A stretch of DNA of 64,000 nucleotides from the NCBI GenBank assembly GCA_964016885.1, contig OZ024740.1, positions 396,552,001-396,616,000 of the forward strand, read 5' to 3'. Source of the DNA: Eledone cirrhosa. Lineage: Eukaryota. The stretch's first letter is position 1; each line of letters starts with the position of its first letter. Below, piece after piece: positions 11,488 to 23,249 of this stretch. Under the pieces are notes generated by a model. It had not been told where the DNA came from. It made no database searches and was given only the letters and a program-made list of their open reading frames with translations. The translations under genes and the position numbers were made by a program.

Positions 11488-14400
11488 ATCATCATCATCA
11501 TCATCATCACCGTTTTACGTCCGTTCTTCCACGCTAGCATGGGTTAGACGGATTGTCCTGTTGTGGGCAGTGTCTGGTCGGCTGACCATGCCTTGCTCAT
11601 ACAGGAACTGATCTGGCTTGATTTCTACAGCTGGATGCCCTTCCTAACACCAACCTCATTTACAGTGAGTGCTGGGTGCTTTTTCGTGGCGCCTACACGT
11701 CCACTTTACAGTGTGGGCTGGGTGCTTTTTTTGCCGTGGCACCTCCACGACCACCTTGCGGTGGGGCGAGTGGGGGCATATTGTTTATATGCTTCAGCAT
11801 GTACCCATGGGAGGTCGGGTACCCTGTATTACTGCGTGACGCCAGAAGTCACGGTCGTGTGTCATTGTCTTTGAGAGGTGTAGTTGGGTAAGGTCGGCTT
11901 TTATCACCTCATCCCAAGTCATCTTGGGTCTCCCCACTCCGCGGTTTCCATCAACTTCTAGTGCTCTGCACCTTTTTATGCAGCTGTCATCCTTCATACG
12001 CATCACATGTCCATACCAGCGTAACTGCCTCTCCTGCACGCAGCATTTGATTCCTCTTATGCTCAGTCTCTCTCTCAATTCCTTTATGCTTTGTCGTTCA
12101 CGTATATTACTGTTACACATCCATCGGAGCATGCAGGCTTCGTTTCTCTCTAATCTAAGTAAGTCTTCCACCTTCAGCGCCCAGGTCTCACTACCATGCA
12201 ACATCGCTGTTCGGATACACGCATCATACAGTCTGCCTTTCATTCTGAGGGAGAAGCCTTTTGCAGCTAGCAGTGGTAGTAGTTCCCTAAACTTCTTCCA
12301 TCCTGTTCTTACCCTAGTTATTGTACTTTCTGAGCACCCACCTCCGTTGCTAATTCGGTCACCTAGGTAGCAGAAGCTGTCTACTGTTTCTACAGGGCCC
12401 TCCCAGAGATTGGTGGTACTTGTTTCCTGTGGCTGTTTGCTTGCTGTTTCAGCACAGCTGCTGCATGTGAATCCTACATTCTTAATTAAGCTTCCTGGAT
12501 CCCGCTACATCTCTTGTGTACCCATTGTTTGCATTTGGGGCAGAGAATGGAGTTCCTACCTACACCTTTCCTACATACTGAGCAAGGCCATTTCCCTGAG
12601 GGGATCTGGTTCTGTTTTCTCGTCTACTTACAAGGACCTTAGTCTTTGTCATGTTGACTTTGAGGCCCTTTCTCTCTAGTCCCTGCTTCCAGGTTTGGAA
12701 TTTATTCTCTAGTTCTACCATAGATTCAGCTATGAGTGCGAGGTCATCAGCATACAGGAGTTCCCATGGGCATCCGGTCTTAAACTCCTCCGTTATTGCC
12801 TGCAGGACTATGATGAACAGGAGAGGGCTAAGAACAGAGCCCGGGTGGACCCCAACCTGTACGCTAAATTCCTCGCTATACTCATTGCTAATCCTAACTT
12901 TGCTGACTGCTCCCCTATACATGGCTTGTACCGCTTTCACAAGCCATTCATCTACTCCTAGTTTTCTAAGAGCCCACCAGATTACTGCACGTGGAACTCT
13001 GTCAAAGGCTTTCTCAAGGTCGACAAATGCCAAGTAGAGTGGCTTACTTTTAGCTAGGTACTTTTCCTGTAATTGCCTCACAAGGAAGAGGGCATCAGTG
13101 GTGCCTCTCTCTGGTACAAACCCAAATTGCATCTCGTCTATATTCACCCGGTCCCTAATCAGCTGTGCTATAACTCTTTCTGTGACTTTCATGACCTGGT
13201 CCATCAGCTTTATACCTCTATAGTTTCCTCTATCTAGTGCATCGCCTTTACCTTTGTAGCAGTTGACAATGATGCTACTGCACCAATCTTTTGGTATGGC
13301 CCCTTCTAGTATTACCTGGTTAACGATACGTGTGGTTATAGTGTGACCTACAGACCCAGATGCCTTCAGCATCTCGGCAGCTATACCCGATGGACCGGTT
13401 GCCTTCCCCATCTTCATATCTCTGATTGCCTTACTTACTATGCTGCCGCTGACTTGTACTGCTGGTCCCTCTATAGGGTCTACATGGGGTAGGGTCTCTT
13501 CTTCCCATGCATTCTCCTCATTTAGTAATCTATCATAATGACTCTTCCATGCATCTTTCTTCTCAGCACTTGTGAGGGCAAGCTCACCTTTATCATTCCG
13601 GATACACTTCTCTCCAATGACATCACAACTATCTCTGACACACTGCCTCGCAATCTTGAATACCTCCTGTTTCTGGTCCTCACGTTGTAAAACATGCTTG
13701 AATTTTCTATCCTCTGCTTCCCTCCTAGCTAAGTATACTTGTCGCCTAGCTTCCCTCTTGGTCTCTATGTAATGTACCCTGCTCCCCCCGTTCTTCCATT
13801 CTTTCCATGCCTGTCTCTTGGCCTTAACTGCTTCATCTACCTTATTGTTCCACCACCAAGTCACTCTCCTCCTGCTTGAGGTCTTACTCCAGCCACAAAC
13901 CTCATCCGTCGCCTCTAGTAAGTTATTTTTTAGGAACTCCCAGTTCTCTTCTACGTTAAATGTCTCTATCTGTTCTTCTTTACTGTCGTAGGCGTTGAGT
14001 AAAATATCTTTAAATCTGTTACTGGTTGAGGGGACTTTCAGCTTCCAGATCTTTCTTCTCCAGGTTGGCCTCTGTTTCAGGGCTCGTCTAGTTCTGACCG
14101 TGAGGTCGCTGACAACTAAGCTATGTTGGGATGTACATTCCTCACTAGGGAAGGCTTTTGTGTTTACGACCGTCCATCTGTCACGTCCTCTGATGAGGAT
14201 AAAATCTAACTGACTAGAGTGCTCCCCTGATCTATAGGTGGTTGTCGGGTTTTTTAAAGTTTGTGTTACATATCGACATGTCATTGGCGTCGCAGAATTC
14301 TAGAAGTCTGAATCCTTCCTCATTCCTTGTGCCAACTCCATGGCCTCCATGTACTCTATTGAAGCCGTCGCAGTGTTTACCTACGTGTCCGTTAAAATCT

Positions 14401-15708
14401 CCTGCAATGATTAGGAAGTCCTTGTCGTCTGTTAGAGCAGTAGTGTGTATTAGGGACTCGTAAAACCTATCCTTAAGTTCGTCTGGCAGCCCCGATTGGG
14501 GTGCGTAAGCTGATATTATTGTGGTAATTGTCTCATTCAGGACTAGTCTGAGTTTAATGATTCTTGCATTTACCCTGTACACTGAGATTACTTTATCTAC
14601 CCACTTGTCAGCTAGTAGTATACCTACACCACCCATCCCATCGTCATTTCCCACCCAGAAAAATTTGTAGCACTGGCTTTTTCCTACAAGGACTCTAGCA
14701 GACCCTCCTCTCCATCTAGTCTCTTGCACACAGCATACATCAACTTCCTTTCGCTCTAGCATTTCTACGATTTCTCCTGCTCTTCCTTTCATTGAGCCTA
14801 CATTGATGGTACCAACTCGGAGTTTTGGGCATTTGTCGACACTCGTAGGGGAGGGTCTCTGGGTTGGCGCTTCATGTGGGTGCTTGGTAGCTCGCAGATT
14901 CATATTTCATCTATTGATTCAGAGTTGCTCAAATGTATTCTCAGCTCATCCATCCATAACGGTGGGAAAATTGAGGGCTAGAAGAACAGTGGTGGTGGGG
15001 TAATGGCAGGGTGTGTTGGGATGCGCCAGAGGAGGAGAGAGTTAGTTAGGTAAGTAGTAGCAGCAGCAGTGGAAATGGCATGCTAGGTTTGATTGGTCGA
15101 ATAGACTATGGTGGTGTGTGGGGGTGGGGGGGGGAGGGAGCTTGTGAGGTAGGGACTGAGGGTCGCATGATAAATAACTGAGAGAGATACAATAGAATTA
15201 GAATACCGCATGGTAAATATCCAAGTTAATACTACATCAGTAAAATTAACAATAATAACGTCATGAAAAACTACTAAGAGAAACCCTCGAAAATTTATCG
15301 CTAATACAGCAGGGAACATCATTAATATTAACAACAATATGTAGGCTAAAATACCTTCGGAGATTAGTGAGAATGGATGGCTGGAACAATTGGAATCAAC
15401 TCTAGTGATACATTTTAGCAGAGAAGAATGGGAAAGTGTCTTATCTCTTCAATATTTTCAGATTGAATGAATTAGGTTGAATAGGTTAAAGACAGGGTAG
15501 TAAACCTTAAAGAGATGCATGGAGAGGAGGGGGGGGTAGGAACTGAGAGTCACATGGTAAATAACTGAGAGAGATACAATAGAATTAGAATACCGCATGG
15601 TAAATATCCAAGTTAATACTACATCAGTAAAATTAACAATAATGACGTCATGAAAACTACTAAGAAAAACCCTCGAAAATTTATCGCTAATACAGCAGGG
15701 AACATCAT
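11488..15708 (-). mobile_element. Near full-length RTE-clade LINE (APE endonuclease, RT, PHD-like finger), frameshifted; 5' boundary uncertain
   Basis: ORFs 14232-14903 (TINVGS, VQETRW, SAYAPQ, GDFNGHVG), 12560-14284 (RT, LLYADD) and 11794-12243 (C-terminus); (CAT)n tail at 11488-11509. Confidence 0.93.
15148..15708. repeat. ~175-bp direct repeat (15148-15322 and 15535-15708) at the RTE 5' end
   Basis: Nearly identical taaataactgagagagatacaatagaattag...cagcagggaacatcat twice. Confidence 0.9.
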
Positions 15709-15819
15709 AATGAATAATCTGTTTACCAGACTTAAACATTACTAGTAACATAGTAGAGCATGGAAATAAAACATTAGGAATAAAGTTTCTGATTTTAGAA
15801 CCAACCAAAGAACAGATAT

Positions 15820-16884
15820 ATCATCATCATCATCATCATCAACGTTTAACGTCCGTGTTCCACGCTTGCATGGGTTTGGACGGGGGTAGTCCCACTTGAG
15901 GCAAGAGTGATTGTCTTGCTCGCATAGGACTGTCTGGCAGGTTTTCTACAGTTGGATGCCCTTCCTAACACCAACCACATTTACAGTGTGGGTCTGGGAG
16001 GTTTTTACCGTGTTGCCTACACGGCCACATTACAGCGTGGACTGTGTGTTTTTTTGTCGTGACACCTACACGATCTCATTTGTTTCGGCCTGGATGGCGC
16101 GGCACCAACATAACTTTACGTAGAACGGGGTGGTGGGACGGGGTGTATTTTGTTAGAGATGCCTACTGGCTGTAGTAGGTTTTACTATGTATTTAGGTAA
16201 GGCGGGTTTCTCTGTTACTGAGTACCGCCAAAGGTCTCGGTCCAGTGACATTGTCTTGGAGAGGTGTAAGTGTGTGAGGTCGGAGTTTATCAGCTCGTCC
16301 CAGGTTTTTCTAGGTCTGCCTATTCCGTGGCTACCGTCTAGCTTTATTGCCCTGCACTTTGTTATACAGCTATCGACTTTCATGCGCATCACGTGTCCAT
16401 ACCAACGTAGCCTTCTCTCGAGTAAACAACATCTGATCCCTCTTATTTCTAATTTTTTCCTTAGTTCGTTTATGCTTTGCCGTTCACGTATATTACTGTT
16501 ACACATCCAGCGGAGCATGCAAGCTTCGTTCCTCTCTAGTCTGCGTATATCCTCTGCACACAATGCCCAGGTCTCACTGCCATGCAACATTGCTGTTCGT
16601 ATGCAGGCATCGTACAACCTGCCTTTCATTTTTAGGGAGAACCCTTTAGCAGCTAATAGTGGTATAAGCTCTCTGAACTTTTTCCAACCAGTTCTGACTC
16701 TAGCTACTGTACTTTCAGCGCACCCTCCCCCACTGCTGATTTTATCGCCCAGGTAACGGAAGCTGTCCACTATTTCTATAGAACCCTCTGCGCAATTGAA
16801 AGAGCTAGTATTTTGTGGGCACTTGCTGCTACTTATTGCACCAGAGCACCGGCCACATGTAAAATCTATGTTCTTAGTTAGCTT
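15820..16884 (-). mobile_element. RTE LINE 3' segment (second half of PHD finger, C-terminus, 3' UTR, (CAT)n tail)
   Basis: ORF 16153-16893 KLTKNIDFTCGRC...RRLRWYGHVMRM; tail 15820-15841. Confidence 0.92.
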
Positions 16885-16894
16885 GTATCTCATG

Positions 16895-19824
16895 TAATCG
16901 TAACGTACACATTTTTCTATCTACTCCACGCTTCAATTTCCTACCTAGTCCAAACATCCAATCTTGCAAAATCCGAAATCTGTATTTTTTTGTTATTTAT
17001 GTTAAATACGGGAGTTTTTGTCGTATTGAACAGAACAAATCTTGCATTTTTGTTTTTTTTTGTTAATCGCTTGTTAAACAATCCTAACCTTCCAGCTAGC
17101 TACCCAACACCCCTCCCACCAGCCCCCACACACCACCATTGTTAATACGTGGACCAATCATAAGCCAGAGCCCCCCACCCCACGCATCACCATTATTATT
17201 ATTACGCGGACCAATCATAAGCCAGAGGCCTATACTATCGCTTGCACGGTTGCCTTTCGATATATGATGGATGGATGGATGGACGGACTGCGGAATCCTG
17301 GAGAGTGGAAGGGAGAGAAAAATCTGGACGCTCAGCGAAAATGCCAAAGTTAAAGACAAATTCACCTCGTGGACGAGAATGTGAGCACTCCTCTTTGTTT
17401 CGCCCGCGGATGGCTAACATAACCCCATCTCCCCCCGCCCCCCACCGCCCCCACCCTCCAAACGCAATCCAAAACTTCAGAGTTGGTACCATAAATGTAG
17501 GCACCCTAAAGGGTCGCGCTAACGAGGTTGTAGAAATGCTTGAACGTAAGGAGGTCGATGTTTGTTGTATTCAAGAGAGCAGGTGGAGGGGTGGGTCTGC
17601 TAGATTCATTGAGGGTAAAAAACGATGTTATAAGCTTTTCTGGGTGGGAAACGACGATGGGCTGGGTGGAGTAGGAATCATGGTAGCAGAAAAGTGGGCA
17701 GATAAGATAATAGACGTAAATAGAGTGAACGACAGATTAATTAAAATAGGACTTGTCCTCAATAGAACTACGGTGACAGTAATATCTGCGTACGCACCCC
17801 AATCCGGACTGCCCGGCACTATAAAAGACAGATTCTATGAGACACTGATGCTAACTACCTCCCAAATATCCGACAGTGACTATATAATTATTGCAGGTGA
17901 CCTAAATGGTCACGTTGGACAACATTGTGACGGCTACGACGAAATCCATGGAGGCTATGGGTTTGGTACTGAGGAAGGCTCCAGAATCCTGGAATTCTGT
18001 GATGCAAATAACCTAACTATCTGTAACACTAACTTCAAAAAACGTGACAATCACCTGATCACCTATAGATCCGGGGAACACACAAGCCAGGTAGATTATA
18101 TCCTTACCAGAAGACGTGACAGAGTGTCTGTTGTAAACACTAAATCTCTCCCCCATGAAGAATGCACCTCCCAACATAGACTGATAATTAGCGACCTCAT
18201 AGTCAGGACGAGACGTACTCGACAGCAGAAGAGGACTATCCTCAGGAGAAAAATATGGAAGCTAAAGGACCCCACAGCCAGAAATAAATTTCAAAGCATA
18301 TTACTTGATGCTTTCGACAGTAAGGAAGAACATTTAGAGTCGGACAATATAGAGGGACAGTGGGAATTTCTGAAAGCAAACCTGCTGATGGCGACAGACG
18401 AAGTCTGTGGCTGGAGCAGGCCTGTAGGCAGGAGGAGAGTAACATGGTGGTGGAACAGTAAGGTGGAGGGGTCAATTAAGGCCAAAAAGCAGGCTTGGAA
18501 AGTATGGTGGGATGGGGGAAGTAGAGAAGACTATCAAGTGGCCAGGAGGGAAGCTAGGAGACAAGTGTACTTAGCAAGAAGGGAAGCAGAGGAAAGAAAG
18601 TTCAAGCATGTTCTACAACGCGAGGACCAAAAACGTGAGGTGTTCAGGATTGCTAGGCAATGCGTCAAGGAAAACTGTGATATTGTCGGGGAGAAGTGTG
18701 TACTTAATGATGACGGCGTACTTGCCATCACCGACGCTGATAAGAAGGTAGCTTGGAAGTGTCACTATGAAAGGCTACTAAATGAGGAGAATAAATGGGA
18801 GAAAGACAGTCTCCCCCATATCGACCCAATAGAGGGACCAGCAGTGTTAGTCGAGGGGAGTATAATAAGTAAGGCAATCAAGGATATGAAGACGGGTAAG
18901 GCGGCTGGGCCTTCGGAAATAGTTGCTGAGATGCTGAAGGCATCTGGCACGGTGGGACACACCATGGTCACCCGCATAGTTAACCAAGTCGTACAGAATG
19001 GGGTTGTTCCGAAGGACTGGCATAGCAGCATCATCGTTAACTGTTATAAGGGTAAAGGAGACGCCCTAGATAGGAGTAACTATAGAGGCATTAAATTAAT
19101 CGACCAGGTCATGAAGGTCACGGAAAAAGTAATAGCGCAACTAATCAGAGAGAGAATTGACCTAGATGAAATGCAGTTCGGGTTTGTGTCAGGAAAAAGT
19201 ACCAGAGACGCTCTTTTCATAGTACGACAACTACAGGAGAAGTACCTAGCTAAAGGTAAACCCCTCTACTTAGCTTTTGTCGACTTGGAGAAAGCCTTCG
19301 ACAGAGTCCCCCGCTCCATTATCTGGTGGGCTCTTAGAAAACTAGGCGTTGACGAATGGCTTGTGAGGGCTATACAAGCCATGTATAAAGAAACAGTCAG
19401 CAAGGTTAGAATTAACAACGAATATAGTGAAGAGTTTAGCGTAAAAGTTGGCGTCCATCAGGGCTCTGTTCTCAGCCCCCTACTATTTATTATTGCCCTT
19501 CAGGCTATAACAGAGGAGTTCAAGACCGGCTGCCCATGGGAACTCCTATACGCAGACGACCTGACACTCATAGCGGAATCAATGGCCGAGCTAGAGAAGA
19601 AATTCCAAACATGGAAGCACGGCCTAGAATCAAAAGGCCTTAAAATTAACCTGGCTAAGACTAAAGTTCTAGTTTGTAGGAAAGAAAACAAGGCGGCGGT
19701 CCCTTCTGGGAAATGGTCGTGCTCGGTGTGTAGGAAAGGCGTAGGTAGAAACTCCATTTTATGTCCTAAATGCAAAGTATGAGTGCATAAAAGATGTAGT
19801 GGGATCACAGGTAAGCTAACTAAG

Positions 19825-19830
<6 letters not shown>
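16895..19830 (+). mobile_element. RTE LINE 5' segment (5' UTR, APE endonuclease, RT, first half of PHD finger); probably the inverted 5' part of the 15820-16884 element
   Basis: 846-aa ORF 17242-19782 with IQESRW, SAYAPQ, GDLNGHVG and LLYADD. After a single W>stop it reads VHKRCSGITGKLTKNI and then abuts (TA)n. Confidence 0.92.

Positions 19831-19914
<84 letters not shown>
19829..19914. repeat. (TA)n(GA)n compound microsatellite
   Basis: Direct reading. Confidence 0.97.
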
Positions 19915-19917
<3 letters not shown>

Positions 19918-20522
19918 GACTACGTTGGTATGGTCACATGATGCACATGAAAGACGACAGCTGTGTAAAAAAGTGCAGGGCGATCAAAATAGACGGTAGC
20001 TACGGAGTAGGCAGACCCAGAAAAACCTGGGACGACTTGATAAATTCCGACCTCACACACTTACACCTCTCCAAGACAATGTCACTGGACCGAGATCTTT
20101 GGCGCTACGCAGTAATACAGAAGACTCGACTTGCCTAAGTACAAAGCGAAATGTACAGTTAGTAGGCACCTCTTAACCAAAATACACCCCTGCCCCACTA
20201 CCCCTACCCAACCGCCATCTACACCACCCCTTTCGATGTAAAGCTATGTTGGTACCACAATATCCAGTCCTAAATAAATGAGGTCATGTAGGTGTCACGA
20301 CAAAAAACACACAGTCCACACTGTAATGTGGCCGTGTAGGTAACATGGTAAAAACCTCCCAGTCCACACTGTAAATGTGGTTGGTGTTAGGAAGGGCATC
20401 CAGCCATAGAAAACCTGCCAGACAGTCCTGAGCAAGACAGCCAATCTTGCCTCAAGTGGGACAATTCCCGTTCAGCCCCATGCTAGCGTGGAAGATGGAC
20501 GTTAAATGATGATGATGATGAT
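19912..20522 (+). mobile_element. RTE 3' fragment with 3' UTR and (GAT)n tail
   Basis: ORF 19938-20138 is similar to but diverged from the C-terminus of the 16153 ORF; tail 20507-20522. Confidence 0.88.
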
Positions 20523-20656
20523 ATATACAAATAGGATAATTGAAAGGGATTCGAAAACATGAATCCAAATTTGTCTTCTTGGTCTTTATGAATGATCATC
20601 ATTTTTAGTGACAAAGGTACCTGGCTATTGAGATGTATAATAGTCATAACAATAAT

Positions 20657-20845
20657 TGTTTCTACTTTTGGCACAAGGCCAGCAATTACCCAGTACATTA
20701 CTGGTACTTTATTTTATCGACCCCCGTAAGGATGAAAGGCTAAGTTGACCTCGGCGTGATTTGAACTCAGAATGGAAAGGGCCGTAACTCTATGCGTCAA
20801 AGCATGATGTCCGACCCTCTACCGATACTGCCAATCCACCGCCCT
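20657..20845 (-). mobile_element. tRNA-derived SINE, full length
   Basis: Same consensus as 9139; TSD atagtcataacaataat at 20640 and 20846. Confidence 0.88.
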
Positions 20846-21239
20846 ATAGTCATAACAATAATGATTTCTAAGATAGACACATTTTATTAACTCTGGAAGG
20901 ACAAAAAGCTAAGTTGACCCCAGTGGGGTTTGAATCTTGAACAAAAGGGATAAAGTGAATTTTTTACGTTCTTTTATCTCTATGACTCCATTGTTGGACA
21001 AAAAGCCACAGGTCTATAGAGGTGAGAAAATGAAAACAGTGATTTTAATGTTTCGCAAGAAGGGATATCAAATGGTTCCAACTAGATATTTGAAGCTGGT
21101 TTACACTCTTTGCTTAGCAAAAGCTTATTTTGTTCTTCATGGAACTTGTTAGATGTGTAAAATTGTGAATGAAGTTTCGATACAGAAGAACTATAAGAGG
21201 AGAGGAAGTTTAATACTTGTAGCAGCTGATTTCTTGAAA

Positions 21240-21410
21240 TAAAGATCCAATGCCAAATAAGATCCGATAATATAGGCAGTCTGGTAGTGTTGACAAATAA
21301 CACAATCAGATCCGATGCCGGATCACATCTGAATCCAGATCTGATCCGATCATGGATCAGATCTGATGCCATATCAGATCCAATAATATAGGCAGTCTGA
21401 TAGTGTTGTC
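21240..21410. repeat. GATCC/GATCT-rich degenerate tandem repeat bracketed by a short direct repeat
   Basis: Repeated agatcc/agatct units; taatataggcagtctg.tagtgttg twice. Confidence 0.6.
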
Positions 21411-21615
21411 TAATAATACATATTATATATATATATATCCAATCTGAATAAATTACCCCAGAAACATTGATTTATCAAACTACAAAATTATTTTACACCT
21501 TAGCTCAGTAATATCTAGCACATTAGTTAATCAACTAGTCTATTGCCAATACACTTAATTCTCCCTGTATCAGACCCTTCATTATATTGGGGAAGAACAG
21601 TTAGTCAATATAATG

Positions 21616-21865
21616 GTTTCTAGTATAGGCACAAGGCCAGTAATTTGGGGGGAGGGGAAAGTCGATTAAATTGACCCCAGTATATTATTGGTGTTTTATT
21701 TTATCGACCCCAGTACGTTACTGGTGCTTTATTTTATTAACCCCCGTAAGGATGAAAAGCAAAGTTAATCTCGGCGGGATTTGAACTCAGACTGTAATAG
21801 GCCGTAACTCTATGCTGCAAAGCATGGTGTCCGACTCTCTACCGATACTGCCAATCCACTGCCCT
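21616..21865 (-). mobile_element. tRNA-derived SINE
   Basis: Same consensus; TSD acagtt(a/g)gtcaatataatg at 21597 and 21866. Confidence 0.85.
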
Positions 21866-22439
21866 ACAGTTGGTCAATATAATGCTATATAATGACAAAT
21901 GTTTCATTAATTTGAAATAGAGAGTATAAATACTCTCTTCCACAAAAGTTGAAATAGACAGCATCTTTTCCACGTGAAGTATTTGTCACAATTTATTAAT
22001 TCATTTGAATATATTATCAGGCCCAGTAAACAATAACATATCATTTTAATGAGTGATAATGCTGAATACGACAGAAAATATATTGTGAAGAAGCATCTAG
22101 GTGATATTTCACACCAACAATGCAGAAAGTAGATTGTTATTGTATTCTCAATTTGAATTTCCAACATGTTTGTCCCTGCTGGATATTGTTGGCATTAAAT
22201 TAGCATTATACAGCTGATATGTCTTGTCTCACATGTTTGTAGAATAAGGATTAAGGTATTATATATACTAATGTATGGTTTATTATTTTAAATCAAACTG
22301 TGCCAAATGGTAAGAACAAATTTAGAGATTAATAAACAGCAATTAATGAATACTGGCTCATCAGGCAACTTTACAAATCAAGGATGTCAAGCAATTGACA
22401 ATGTAAATCAATTATAGAGAATATAACACTTTACCAGCA

Positions 22440-23035
22440 TGTCTGACTGTCTGGTTTTGCATGCCTGCCTGACAAACTGATTCACTGTCTGTGAGCCTAC
22501 TCTGTTTCTTCCAATCTGCTTTGCTTGTTTTCTTTTGATTGCTTACCTGTTTGCTTAGCTCTGCCTCTGCTCCCTGACTAGTCTCTACTGTCTGACTTGC
22601 CTTGCCTGCATATCTGCCTGTCTTGCCTAGCTGGCTTGCCAGACAGACTTACAGCCATCCTGATCAGTGTACCTGCCTTTAATCTGTCTGCATGTATGCC
22701 ATGAATGACTGCCTGCTTGTCTGTACTGCCTGACCTGGTTGTCTGCCCCCATTCTGTTTTTTAGCCAGCTTATGTGATGGACTTTCTGCTTGCTGGTTTG
22801 CTTATGTATCTAGCTTAGCTGGCTTGCCTTCCTTGCCATGCATTGTCTGCCTGGGTGGCCTGCTATGATATCCTCTCTTGTTCTACCTGCCCTGCCAAGC
22901 CTGCCAGCCTACCCCAATTACCTTTTAGCTTTCTTACCTAGCTGTCTGTCTTATCTACTTTGTTTATCTCATCTATCTGCCTTGCTTAGCTGAGTTCTCT
23001 TGTCTGCATGCCAGCTATTTTTCTCATACCAACTA
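22440..23035. repeat. Degenerate (CTGC/CTGT/CTTG)n simple-sequence tract
   Basis: Dense ctgc/ctgt/cttg tetramers; resumes at 23390-23525. Confidence 0.7.
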
Positions 23036-23062
23036 AATGATCTTTGAATGTGTGATCTAAAG

Positions 23063-23249
23063 CTGGCATATCAAACACGCAACCCTTTACAAGCATACCT
23101 GCGGCCGGCACAAACACTTTTACTGGAAAGTGTAATATAAAATAAAAAATATTAGTTGTAATGTGCGCAATAAGTTGTCATGCGTGGCCCTCAGACAACA
23201 CATATGTGACCCATGTGGCCCTTGGGGGACCCTCAGTTTGACATACCTG
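23063..23249. mobile_element. hAT (Charlie-like) MITE
   Basis: TIRs ctggcatatcaaac / gtttgacatacctg; perfect 8-bp TSD atctaaag at 23055 and 23250. Confidence 0.85.

Noticed and set aside
12651-14463. Antisense ORFs over RT regions (also 1718-2839, 16187-16756, 42699-44669)
   Set aside because: Shadow frames of LINE ORFs with no independent coding signal.
17242-20522. One plus-strand RTE with an internal deletion replaced by a microsatellite
   Set aside because: Possible, but it does not explain why the neighbouring minus-strand segment begins at the same 18-bp point where this one breaks. The inversion model is more parsimonious.
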